Source: Peribolospora baueri (Eukaryota). Taken from it: a stretch of DNA of 64,000 nucleotides. The notes under the pieces were generated by a model. It had not been told where the DNA came from. It saw only the letters and a program-made list of their open reading frames with translations, and ran no database searches. The stretch spans positions 310,001-374,000 of the forward strand of contig JAMDHS010000004.1 in NCBI GenBank assembly GCA_029717555.1, written 5' to 3'. The translations under genes were made by a program, and so were the position numbers. Positions 23,327 through 35,792 of the stretch are shown here, piece by piece; the first letter of the stretch is position 1, and every line of letters starts with the position of its first letter.

Positions 23327-26300
23327 TCAAAAGAACTGGCGTGATGGTGTCGAGACGTGGCCGGGGGAGACGGCTGGTCGAGCGGTGGGGGCCACGGTGG
23401 GGACGAGCTCAAAGACCTGTTGAAAGTCTTCGCTCACGTGGGCGCCGGTCGCGGTGGTCGTTTGAGTCCGCTGCCTCTTGACCGCGATGATGGCCGGTTC
23501 GTCGCCCGAGTCGCCAGTAAAATGGCCCTCGGAAAGGAACCGAATGTCGTTCCCGCGCACGACCTGGACGAGCACGCCGGTGCTGGCATGTCGAATCTCC
23601 ACAAAGTGAGCGTCGAAGGCGAACACGTACGGATGGGAGTACGCCACCGATTGCGGGGAGCCCTCCCATTCGATAACCTGATCGAGCTTGATAAACTCGC
23701 CGAGACGGTCGACATAGCACGCGAAAGCTGCGACAGAGTGTAAAATGGAGGGATGAGTCAGCCGAAAAAAAAAGCCTCCTGTGAACGACAAACACATTAC
23801 TCCTTTCACTTACAGTCGTAACACAATATGAAGTCGTTGTCGGCGCTCTTGAATTGGCCCAGGGGTTTGGCGGTCTCGATACGCTTGGCGATAGCGATGA
23901 CGCGTGGGTCGTCCTTCGCCGAGTGGACAAAGTCGGGGATGGTGCCGGGAATGAGCGTGTCCAGATTCATGATCTCGAAGCCACGCCCGCAGATTATGCA
24001 GAGCTTCGACTTCATGAACTGGATCGAGTACGTCTCGGACGGGATGAAGAAGTCCTTGATGACGAACGAAACGAGGCATAGACGCAAAGTCAGAGCGGCG
24101 TCAACTACAGACGAAATGGAAAGCGCTCGAAAGGGACGAGCGACGAGCAGCTCACCTTATACTTTCGGAACCATTCCGTCTTGTTCGACCCGCCAAACCT
24201 CAACCATCCATGGCCACCTCGCTCCGTGCTATCCCCCGTCCGGGCGACCGGCTCGAGCGCTCTGAAGACGCTCTCATTCGCCTTTCTCTTCATGTACACG
24301 AGCAGCGTTCGGTCCTTGACGGTACCGACGCGGAAGAGAAGGACATCTTTCTGGCCGCTCAGACGTTGTGGCGTCCTCGCTGACGGATCCATCTCAGCCG
24401 CTCCGGCGGAGGGCACGAGCGCCTCGAGGGCGTAGGCGAGGAGCACCCGGCCGCCAAGGACGACGAACATGCCGAAACGCTCCAAAACGGCGAGTTGAGT
24501 GACGAGCTTGACATGGAGGACTTTGCGGAAGGTGCGAGGGTCGTGACGCAAACCGATCCACACGCCATCCTCGCAGCCGATCGCAATCAGTCGTCGCCCG
24601 TCCGCAATAGCTGTAAACGAAGCCGATGGCCCACTCAGCACCTAAAGGTATTTCCATGAGCACCAACTCCATCCTATCAAACTCACTGAAAGGAACAGCA
24701 CAAGTCACTCGGCCGTGAAAGTCGCCACCGTGCGACATGGCCATGCCGTCGGCCCCATACGCCACGCTACGGAAGTGGGTCTCACTGACGGTCGCAAAGT
24801 CGAAAGACTGCATTGGGATAAGGAAGGCCAGCGCCGTCAGGGCAAAACATAGCTCTTGAGAAAGCGCGACGACGAATGGGGAAACCTGCGCCTACCTTGT
24901 TCGCCTCCTGTACCGTCGCCCGTAACTGTCGCGCCTCGCCCAACTTGGCCTTCCACCGATCGCGAGCCTTCTGTGACGGCGCGAACATGGTCAACGGTTC
25001 GTTCGGCCGACCGACGTGCGTGACAGTGAACGGGAAGACCGCGCGATCCTGTCCGCTACGGAAGTGGAGTCCGATCGATTTCGTCATGGGGGGAAGGCTG
25101 AAACCGCTGCATTCGAGGAGCTCGATGGGAACAGGCCGCTTGACGATATGATACCGCGTCGGACTTCCTGAACCTTCTCCCTTCTTGGGCTTGGTGAGAA
25201 CGACTGGGATAGAGAGGAGGCTGGCTATAAGCAAATGCCCGCCTTGGAGGTGAATGAAGGCGGCGAACTCACGGAAATTGTCGAACAAGATGGCGTAGAG
25301 GTCTGTCCAATCGAGTTCGAGCGTATCCGGTCTTCGACTCACATAATCCTCGTGGACGAGCTGGCGAGCGGGATTAAGGAGATCGAAATCCTACCAGCAG
25401 CACGCGTCGACACGCCAGATCAAAATGAGTTTGGGCCCAAGACGAAAAAATAAAATCGGAGGGACGGATAACAAGCATAACCACTCACCACTTTCGGTTT
25501 GCCCGGCCGCTGTATGATGGTCCGATGGAGGTCCATGAGCCGGACCTTATGCTCAGCCTCCTCCACGCCCACCTGCGCGAGCTTGCACTGGTCGTTGATG
25601 ATCTCAAGCGCTTGCTTGCATGATTCCACGTCCGCATTGGCATCGGCGGTCTTTTTGAGGATGGACTCGAGGTGGAGCCGGTACCTTGGCAGGCGGGCTG
25701 AGGGTCGGAACAGGAAGTCTGCCGCGGAATGACGGTGCGCCGCGGGATCTTTGCGACAAGCCTGAAAGAGAAATGAAGAAGGCGACCGACCGACGGGAAA
25801 TGGTCAGACATTCGCAGTGACGTATCCTCAGGCAAGCGAGCGACCAGGGCGATGACGACGGCTCACCTCGACAAACTCTCTGAACTTGGGGTTGTCCGCC
25901 ATCTCCTGCTTGATCTTGGCAACAGCGATTGGATAATGGCCCATGTTGTCCGTATACGCGTCCCCCCACTGGAGCGCGGCGTCGAGGATCAAATCGCCAA
26001 AGGTCTGGACGACCGGATTCTCCTCGCGCTGACGGACGTGCATGCGTTCGACAAGCCGACGGATGTGAAAAGTGAGGTCCTTGTAGTTGTAAAACACTTC
26101 CTCAATGAATTGGGGCAGTCTTGAGTGCGGGATTGGAGGCGGTTGTTGCGTTTGCAGGCCGCCGATGAACAGCTATTAAAGAGAAAACGACGCGACATTA
26201 AGAGCATCAGCTTAACTTGGTCGGCGTGCACGTGCACGAACGGGGAAAAGGAAGCTCACCGTCTCATACAGCTCCAAGTCTGCCAGCAGCTGCTCCTCCT

Positions 26301-29033
26301 TCTGGACCGTCTCGTGGATGGCTGCGAAAAATGAACGAGGACGCCATGAAAGTCAGACGCGACTGGCGGAAAAGAACGCCGCGGCGTTGACCTTCGACGA
26401 GCACCCACCATTTTGTCGCTCGACCTCCTTCGGAGGCAACGATTTTATCACCTCGGGTGGTACGAGCTCTGCCCACGCCTTCTGAACCTGAAAAGAAAGA
26501 ACGGGAGGGAGGACGATCAGTCGTGCGAACTAAAAAGCGCGATGGAGAAGGGGCGAGACGGCTGTGCGAGCTCGAGATAAAAGAATACTCACAGTACTGT
26601 CCTGGCCGGACAGGCCGGACAGTCCCGACGAGACAGAGCCGACGCTCCTATGTCGACGAAGGGGAGTCTAGAATCGTCAGGGGAAAGGAGAAGTAGAGAG
26701 GGGAGAGGGAAGACGCGGCGGAACCGATCGGAACCAAGAAAAGCAAAGCGTCAGTGCCCGACGCAGCGCCACGGCATCACAGGAAGCTTGACGATACCAC
26801 GCACCTTGTGAGGACACTGATGAGAATAACAAGCGCCCACTTGCTCATCCTTGCCGCACGTGGGGGAGTAGCACTCGGTGAGGGCGACAAACACGCCAGT
26901 GGGCAGTTCCTCCTGCTCGAGAATGAGCGTCTTCCTCTTGGCACTCCGTCCCTTTCTCCGCTGGGCTTCCTCGACGCCGCCCTCGGACTCGTACACGTCG
27001 GAAAAGGGGTCCTGCTGACTCGCCGCGCCGACCAAGCTGCGCACCGAGTCCTCGAGGAACTGATACACCTCCTCCACGCCGTCCTTGAGCGTTCCATGGC
27101 CCCAGTCGACCTCATGGAAGAAAAGCTGGGACTGCAAGCTCCGAGCGACCTGCAGAGCCGTCCTTCTGTCCCTGTGGAACAAGGGCGGAAGGAGCGCCTG
27201 CACAGTCGACACGACATCCTTGCCCGTGAACGAATCGGGGTAAGAAATGCTGCCCTTGATCTGCGCCCCTCGCGGGACGTGATCTTTGAGCAGCATGGCG
27301 ACGTTGGAGAGGAGTGCAAAATGGACAAACTCGAGGTTCTCGCTCAGCGAGACTCCCAAGCTCGCCCTGTTGCCGTGTCTGGTCGCAAGAGGTGTGAGGC
27401 GGTACGAAGTCGAGCGCATCGGTCCGAGTCCGTCTTCAGCCCGTACACCGCCGACGCCGTTGTCGCGCGGGAAAGACTCTTGTTGCTGAGCGATGAGAGA
27501 GGTGGTGATGACGGGCGGGGGCGAAGCGGGCGTGGAAGAAGCCCCGCTCCCGTGAGACGACTGGCCGGCCGAGCTGTTTCCTCGCTTGAAATTGCCAGGG
27601 CCGCCGAACTGGAGCCGGCGTAGGGTCTCATCCCTCTCATCCTTCGACGGCAACGGCGGTACGACGAACGAAGCCGATACGGAGTGAGACGCAGACCGTA
27701 CGTCGCTAGACGCTCGCTGCCGGTGGTGATCGCCCAACTCCGAGGCGAACCCGCTGGCAGTGGCTCCCGGACGAGCGTAAGCGTCCGCGCTCGACCTCGC
27801 TTGCAAGTTACTCATGCTTGGATAGAAGGACAAAGCGGACGACGTCGAAGCGGCCGATACATGCGCCGGTCGCACCTCGGTTCGGAACCCGCGACGGTCC
27901 ATATCGAGACCGTTGGCGGCCGAAGCGGCTCGGTGGATGCCTGGCTTCGCATAAGGGTCGGTGGCGCCAGCGGAGTTGGAAGGGCTGTCATTCGGGGCAC
28001 TAGAAATGCCCGTTCGTCCGTTCATGGCAGAACCGTGGTAGGGACGACGTGGTTCTTGAGATGCTGGCGCCGGAATGCCGCCATACGTATCTGGGGCGGA
28101 TGATACGGACAGCGGAGGCGACCAGGGCGGACCTGGGTAGGCCAACGGAGTGGTGGCTTGAGATAGCGACGTGACATGTTGTGCGACCGTCGGCGTCGCA
28201 GGTGCCGATTGGAAATAGTCGTCGCCACCACCACCGCCGCCGCCGCCTTCTTGGTACGAGGACTCGCGGTATCTCCCAGACAATTCGTAAGGCGGGGAAG
28301 GATAGGTGGACGAGGAATGGGAAGGGTCAGGCGGAGACTGGATGAACTCGACATCGTCGGTCGGTCTGTACGGCCGCGGCTCAGGCATCTTCATCGGAGC
28401 GTCGTCGGCCACGGCGGAGGAGAAGGCGGGGGTGAGGAGAAGAGCTTGGGCATCAAAAACGGAAGACCGATGGTCGGGAGAGGGGACGTTGGGCAGAGAT
28501 GGGAGGGGGCGTGAGGCTCTCCGCATGGGTCGGGCCGAATGGTCTGAGGAAGGGCCAGAGGCGAGGAGGTCAGGCTGGGAGGATGAAGAGTCAGAGGAGC
28601 GTGGCCACGAGGGGTCGTCGACGAGGCGAGGGGCGCCACGATGGAGATTGGACAAGCGCCTGAGGCCTCCGGCGTCGTCAACCGCAGAGGTGGAGCGACT
28701 GTGTATCCCTTTTTCCGCGTAGAGGGAGATGATGCCGCTGGAGATGGAACTCCTGGCGGAGTCGTTTGGATCGAGGGTGGAGACGGACAAGCTGGAGGGC
28801 AGGTTAGGGACAAGGAAGGAGGAGGAGGGCGTATCGCTCCGAGGCTGTTCCACTGGGGAAGAGGAGGAGGAGAAATCCAACGACTCCATCGTTCTATCGA
28901 GCTCGGAGAAGAGATCGTCCATGCGAGTGTGTGGTGGGAGGCGGGGAGCGCGGTCCATGGGCGTGTCGTCCTGGGAGTGCGCCGGCCGGTGGTCGTACGC
29001 GGCGGGCTTGGGAGGCACTCTCGGGGCGGCCAT
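23327..29033 (-). CDS. Rho1 guanine nucleotide exchange factor, Rom2/Rgf/Tus1 family (DEP-DH-PH-CNH)
   Basis: DEP region HVPRGAQIKGSISYPDSFTGKDVVS, then CYSPTC...CYSHQCP. DH fragments VFYNYKDL and HMGHY-like YTDNMGHYP. PH LFDN..VLTKPK..PVPIELL. CNH IAIGCEDGVWIG and IEWEGSPQSVAYSHPYVFAF. Multi-exon. Confidence 0.9.
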
Positions 29034-29193
29034 GGCGAGAGAGCGAAGGAGAAAGCCAAGACTGGGGATCTCGCGCTGCGCTGGTCCGGCCCCGAGTGAT
29101 GGTTAGGGGTCGGGGGGTTTGGTCGTCGTCGACGATCACATATATATCGTTCACTCGCTTACGACTCGACGATGGCACCGGCCCCGGCAGAGG

Positions 29194-29207
29194 CGTAACC
29201 CTAACTC
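29194..29207. promoter_or_regulatory. Telobox-like element CGTAACCCTAACTC in the divergent RhoGEF/SDR1 promoter
   Basis: Lies near the centre of the 309-bp gap between ATGs at 29033(-) and 29343(+). Confidence 0.5.
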
Positions 29208-29342
29208 GGCCTCGCTTGTGCCACCCTCGCACCGAGGTCCGCGGCAGAGACGCCGGAGAGGCGGAGCTCGCCCAGGAACTCGGGAGAGACAGAGCAAGAC
29301 AGAGACAGAGCGAGACAGACAAACAGATAAACGAAGACCATC

Positions 29343-31119
29343 ATGGACTTTGGTCTCAGCGACGTACACGTCCTCGTCACCGGCGCCAGCGGCGGTATCG
29401 GCGCCGAGACGGCCAAGCTCTTCACTGGTGAGCCTGTCTTGCAAGTCAACCGCCCAGACGCGTTACGGGATTCCGGACCGACGAGAGAGCTTGCATAGGC
29501 ACGTCGTGCGATGACGACGACGACGACGATGAACGGAGAAGTGATCTGGCTGACCAGGCCCGGTCAATCAGGTGGCTCCGCGTCCGGTGGGTGGCTCTCG
29601 TGCTGAACCCAGACTCTCTCTCCTCCAACATCCACTCCCCAGACCTTGGTTCCCTGGTGACGGCGCACTACAATTCCAAGCGTCCTCCGGCGCCCAACTC
29701 CTCGTCGTCCGAATCGGCCGCCGCCGGCGCTCCTGCCGCAAACAAAACCTTTACCGTCCAAGCTGACGTGAGGTCGGAGGATGCGGTGGAGCGCATGTTC
29801 GAAGACGCGGAGGCTCATTTCGGAGGCAAGGCAGTGCAAGTGCTCGTGGTAAAGTGAGTGAGCGGAGAGCGGGTTTGTGGCGGGCTTCGGCAGGTCGTCT
29901 CGGCGCTCATCGTGCGGCCCGCTCGTTTGCTTGTCGTCCTCCCGCGCACAGCCACGGCATCTCCGGCATGGACTATGTCCCGCTCCATGAGATGACCACC
30001 GAGCAATGGGAACGCACGCTCAGCGTAAACCTCACCGGTCAGTCTCCCCGATGCTCACCGTCCACGGCAAAGATCGACGGTGTTGAATAACCCATCTCGT
30101 CACTACCCTCCCCCCAATTTTTCACGTTGCGCTTTCAACCCTGACGACGATGACCCGCAATAGGCGTCTTCTTCGTCATCCGCGCTTTCCTTCGGCGGAT
30201 CGAGGTGGCGAAACAGGATGGCAAATGGACGGACGATGAGCTGGACAAGGTCGCCATCGTCCTCGTCGGCAGCACGGCTGGAAAGTTCGGAGAGGCCGGG
30301 AATGCCGGTGAGTTAGGGGGGGGGGGATGGACGTACGCATGTTCCGACAAGTCTGTCTGCACTCTCGTTCGGTGACCGCTAAATTCGACTCCATGCCTTT
30401 GGCGCGCCGATTCGCTTCGTCACCTTCTCAGACTACTCTTCCTCCAAGGTGCGTGTCGAGCTGCTTCGTCCGTCTTGCCCTTCTTGCCACGCAACGACTC
30501 CCCCTGACGCCGTCGATCGCTTTCCCCTCGACAGGCCGCGATGATGTACGGCCTGCTTCCCTCGCTCAAAAACGAGATCGTGTCCGTCGCGCCAAAAGGC
30601 AGGGTCAACTGCGTCGCTCCCAGCTGGGTGAGCCCTTCCAATCGACCTTGGAATGGGACGTAGCTGGGCGCCTCGGCTGACGTTTGTGTCGTTCCCCCTG
30701 CTTTACAGGTCCTCACGCCGATGGCGGCCAAGGTGGTCGAAGATCCGGAGGTGTTCTCCCGGGCCATCGCGACGTGAGTGATGACCCCCATCCGACCGAC
30801 TGACCGACCAACCAATCAACCAAACAAACATATTTTCTCTTTCTGACATCGACACGTCGATTTCCCTTTTCTTTCTGTCACACGCTTGGTGGTGGTCCGT
30901 CTTGCTCGCAGCCGACCTCTAAAATCGCTAGCAACGCCCCGCGACGTAGCAAACCAAATCGCCGTGCTCGCCTCATCGAGCCTGAGCGGGCACGTGACGG
31001 GCGAAAAGGTCTTTGTCTCCGGAGGCATGGAGGGGAGGCTCCTGTGCCCTCCGGACACGCTCGCGCCGCCTGGCAAGGGAGCGGCTGCTGCCGAGTCGTA
31101 CAGCAATTTGTATTTGTAG
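29343..31119 (+). CDS. Short-chain dehydrogenase/reductase (SDR1)
   Basis: MDFGLSDVHVLVTGASGGIG (TGxxxGxG), VQADVRSE, VLVVN|HG, VGSTAG, catalytic YSSSK, RVNCVAPSW, VTGEKVFVSGG. About 8 exons. Confidence 0.92.
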
Positions 31120-31366
31120 GGCGGGCGGGCGAGGGTTGGTTGGTTGGTCTATCTGGTTGGAAGGGGGAAAATCATGATGACGGACGGACGCGGACAGACA
31201 CAGAGACACACAGACAGAGAGGATGACGGGACGAGGGGTTCGTGTTCGGAGATGACATTCGATTTCATTCAGAGTACGAACGAACATTGGAGCATCGAAA
31301 AAAACTCGATTGGACGGGAGGGAGGCGGGTTTAAGTCTCAGGGGAGCGAAGACGAGCGAGCACGAC

Positions 31367-34300
31367 TCAAGCATGCTCCCGCTGGTCGATTTCGTAGCCG
31401 AGCTTGTCGTCCCCCTTGGCCGGTCCCGCTCCATCGCCCTCGCCCTCGACATCGACATCGACATTGTGCCGACGACGAGCGACGTCGGTGAGCGTTGGCG
31501 CGACGACTTCCTCGATGATCTCCTCGTTCTCTGGGTTGCGCCATTGCCAGCGGCCGAGGTTGATGGACTGGTTGACGTGCATGCCCAGGCCATCTTGCGT
31601 CGGGGAGGCAGGCAGGCCGTCGGAGGAGCGTGAGAGACGGTCGGGACAGCACTTGGGTGGGAGACAAGCCGAGGATATACGAAACAATCCCACTCACAAA
31701 GGGCGACGAAAATATATCCGGCCATGGCCACTGACGCCGAGAAGGCACGCGCGGCGATAGGTCAGCCTGAGTCGAACGCGCAGAGGAGGGAGAGTGCGAT
31801 CGATGATGGAGCTCACCGAGGTAAGAGATCTGCGTCGTTTTAGCGTCCGCCAGCGTCGCTTGGATGGACGGATAGGCGGCTCCGCCGCTGACCCCCATGG
31901 CGAGGAGGGCCGAGCCCAGTTTCCTAAACACGGCCGAATCGAATCGAGTCGCGACGCGACGCGACGCAATATCGTTCAGCTGGAGCCGACGACGCGAAGA
32001 AAAGCGGCGCAAACGACGACTCACTGGTAGGAACCGAGGTTTGCCGTCGCGAGCGAGAAGATGACGGGATAGCTATAGTCGAGCCAATCCAGGCGCGAAA
32101 GACCGTCAGTCAACCTCGACACCGACCAAGCCAACTCATCTTGAACACCCGAGACGACCTGCCAGACTCACCAGATCGACTCAAAGAAGAAAACGATGAA
32201 CAAGCACACGATACCGCCGACACCGTGGATGAGGGCTGTGCAGATGCAAAAGATGGCGCACATCTGCGAGGACGGACGGCGAGCGGAGTGCACGAAGCCG
32301 GGAGGTGGGGTGTGGGGGGAGTAGAAGCGGCGAGTGAGAACGAGCGGTATGGGAAGAACGGCGTCCCGTCTCGAGTGCTGGTCTGGCCGACTCACCGTGC
32401 CATAGATGAACAGCATCAAGGCGGGGTCGATCTTGCCAAGCACGGGAGTGCTCAGGAACCTGTGCCAGACAAGAATCGACCGAACGAGCGAAGTCAATAT
32501 CACCTAGCACACGGGACGCGGCGGCTTTCTTTTTCGTACGAAAGGAAGGGACCGCGTCTGGCTACCGGAGAGGGCTCTACCCACCTTCCAATGGTAAAGG
32601 CAGCCTGGCAAGCCGAATAAAGATTAGCGGCGGCCTGAGAGGAGATGGGATCGCCGGGTTGCTCGGTGACTGTCGGGTGGGAGGAGTCACAAAAAAATAG
32701 AAAAAAAAAAAGAAAAAAAAAAGTCAGTCAAGTCAAGACGATCCTTCGCCCGCTCTACCGGTGAGAAAGCGGGATGCGACAGCCAGACGGTCCCTCTCAC
32801 AATAGTTGATGGCCAAGCTGGCGACGGCGACCTGGGCGCCGACGTCTAAGGAACGAGTGTAACGCGACGGGCCGGCGAAGCAAGCAAACAAGGCGGAGTC
32901 AGCGGGACCCGCGACAAGGGCAGCCACAAAACCAACCACAACCACACGCTCGGCGCGGCGCGGGCTCTCGCTCACACAACCACTCGGCACCGAAGCCAAG
33001 GATGGTGTGCCACCTAAGCGGGTGCGACGGAAAGAAGAAGGGCAGGAGAGACAACGAAGACGGATGTCAGCGATGAGACGGCACATGCGGTCCTCGACGC
33101 CACGAGGGCCGGCCCAGACTCACTGCTTGAAAAAGCTACCCTTGATGTGCGCTTCTAGCTCTTCCGTGACCTGTTGCCTGACCTCGGGAAGAGGACATAA
33201 CCTGGAGGCGAGACCCACGTCGGCCGGCGCCGAACACCTCGGTCAGTTTAAGGCCGCCGACGCCGCGAGAGAGCACTTGCTTGGATAGCGCTTAAGACAG
33301 CAGCGCGTGTCGTCTGGAAGGAGGGACTCACGCGAAGAGGACATTGACGAGCACGCCGAGGCAGGCGACGGCAAGGTAGACGTACTGCACGGTATGCAGC
33401 GAGTACTGGTTCGCGCCGCTGTTACCATGGGCGGACAACAGGGCTTGAGCGGGTGTCCCTGTCCTATCCGACAGACTTAAGAAGGCAACACGACTGACTC
33501 ACTTGAAGAAGGCGTGCGAGGCGATGAGCGGGCCAATCACAGTGGCGACACCGTTGAAGGACTGGGAGAAGGTTAGGCGGAAGGAGGCGTAACGAGGGGT
33601 ACCGATGACGATGATATAGCCTGCGGCGTCAGAGAAGACGGTCCGGTTCAGTCGTCGACGTGAGCGTCATAGCTATGCATGCGCGTTGCCTCGGCGCCCG
33701 ACGTTAGTTGGGAAAGACATGTCTGGACGATACGCACTGTTGGCTGCGACCTCGAGGGCGCTGAGCCCGCATGCGGTGACGAACGCTGTGGACGAGTCGA
33801 GCCAGTAAGCATCATCCTACTTCTCGGGTGGAGGGGTGTCCATTACGAAACCTGTAGAGCCGTGCACTGACTGCAAACCAGGAAGCCAGGGTAACTCGCA
33901 TACTTGGCGCAGGGCCAGAAGAGGATGGCGCCGAGGGAGTAGAGGGTCAAGCTGGATGACCGGAGCGAGGGTCGCAAAGTCAGAGGGGGCGACCGAGGAC
34001 GGGTGGAAGGAACGCATTGCGGTGGGAGAGCGCGCTCACCCCATGTGAATGCCCTTTTTGTAGCCGAACCGGCGCATGATCATACCGGCGAACGGAGAGA
34101 AGACCTACAGGAAGGAGCGGGCGCAGGCGCCGTCAGTGACGAGGAGCAGACGGAGTGGGCGGGTGGGAGGGATGATGAGCTCACGAAGTACGATCCGAAG
34201 TAGGCTGAAGGAGAGGTGATGCGAACGCGGGGAAGCAAGTCAGCTCTGTCGCGCGGCCGAACCTCTTCACTGGCGGCCGAAGGGGGGCATGACCGGAAAG

Positions 34301-34800
34301 CGGCTCACCCGCCTGAAGGCCGGTGGATTGAGCTTTGGAGATATGGAAAACCGTCTGGAAGTGCTTGTTCAAGCTGTCGAGCAGACCCTGTAGAGAGGCG
34401 AAAGAGGGTACGTTCAGGCCGTGAGACAGGACGGGTAGCGGGGTCAAGAAATGGATGGACACGAAGAGTCGCTCACGTAGGCGAAGCTGTTTGAAGGGAA
34501 TCGGGAAAAGGCGATGAGGGCGTATGGCGGCGTGAGCTCGAGCTCACTCCTCCTTCTGCGGCGGCCACTGAGAGGGTGAATGTGTCTGCGCCACTTACCC
34601 CCAGATCTGGAGTTACCGATGCAGCAGCGCGATGCGATGCGATTCGAATTAGCGTTCCTCTCTAGGGCGCGGGCGCAAGACGGCGATAATGGAGAGCTCA
34701 CAAAGAACAGGGAAGTGACGAGCGAATAGGCGAAGAGGAAGTGCCTCCTGGAGAGCTGAGCGCCGGTGACGGAATTGAGATTGCCCTTGCCGTCGCTCAT
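31367..34800 (-). CDS. MFS transporter, fucose:H+ symporter (FucP/FHS) family
   Basis: LVTSLFF; GLLDSLNKHFQ (matches the FucP D46 region); SALEVAANS (FucP E135 LETAANP); RLTFSQSFNGVATVIGP; LAMGVSGGAAYP. Many short exons. Confidence 0.88.
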
Positions 34801-35792
34801 GATGGATGGCGGTACGTGAGCTGTGGTGACGTTCGTTCAGAGTCGTGCGGCGAAGGTGTCCGTGGTCTGCCGTTCGTTTCGTCTCGCGTGCAAGCGGGAG
34901 ACAGAAGGGCGAACGTGAGCAGAGGGGAGAGAGTGGCGGGGGCGGGCGAGAAAGAGAGCGAGGAAGGGGGAAGGCGTAGAGGGGAGGAGGAGGATGTTGG
35001 GGCGCGGAGGAGGAGAGAAGGGAAGCGAGGGCGTGGCGAAGAAGAAGCAGAAGTAGGCGAGTATATGCGGTCCATCCATCGTCTATCCATCTCTTCTTGT
35101 CTGTCCGTCTCGTCGTCGTCCCACCCTCGCACGAAAGGCCGGTCGATCGACTAGGCACGATGACGCGTCATACGGGGCGCCCTCGCGGCGTCGAACGAAT
35201 AAAGACGCTCAGCGATGCTCGGTCTCTCTCTCTGTGTGTGTGTGTGTGTGCCTGCGTGTCTGGACTCAGCATGGTCCAGCGGAACATCGGACCGGACCGA
35301 GGGAGTCGTTCGTCGTGCCAGCTGAGCCGTCGCCGTCGCACGTGTCGGGAAACCTGGAGAGGAGAGAAGAGGATGAGGGACGAACAGAGAGGGAGGGGGC
35401 AACGGGCGAGGCGACAGCGACAGCGCCAATGCGACGGAGAGATTGCCGACGGACGCGAAAGAGGAAAAGGGGAAAAAACAAAGGCAAGACGATACGATAC
35501 GATACGACACATGACAAAACAAGGAAAGCGGAAAGGAGCCGCCGGCGAACGCGGGGAAACGCGCGGGCCAATGCGGGGCACCACACTCAGTCCAGCTCAC
35601 TCGGCCAAGCCAACGCCGGCGCTCATTTCACCGGACCGAGTCGATGGGACCCGCAGCGAACGTCATCTCGACCAGCCAACGTCCGTTCGCGCAGCACGTC
35701 ACGACGACGCCCGCAGCGTCCCCGTAGGTGGCCATGATATGATGTACTTTACACGCATCACAATCGCAATCACGACCCGGAGCCAACCTCGC

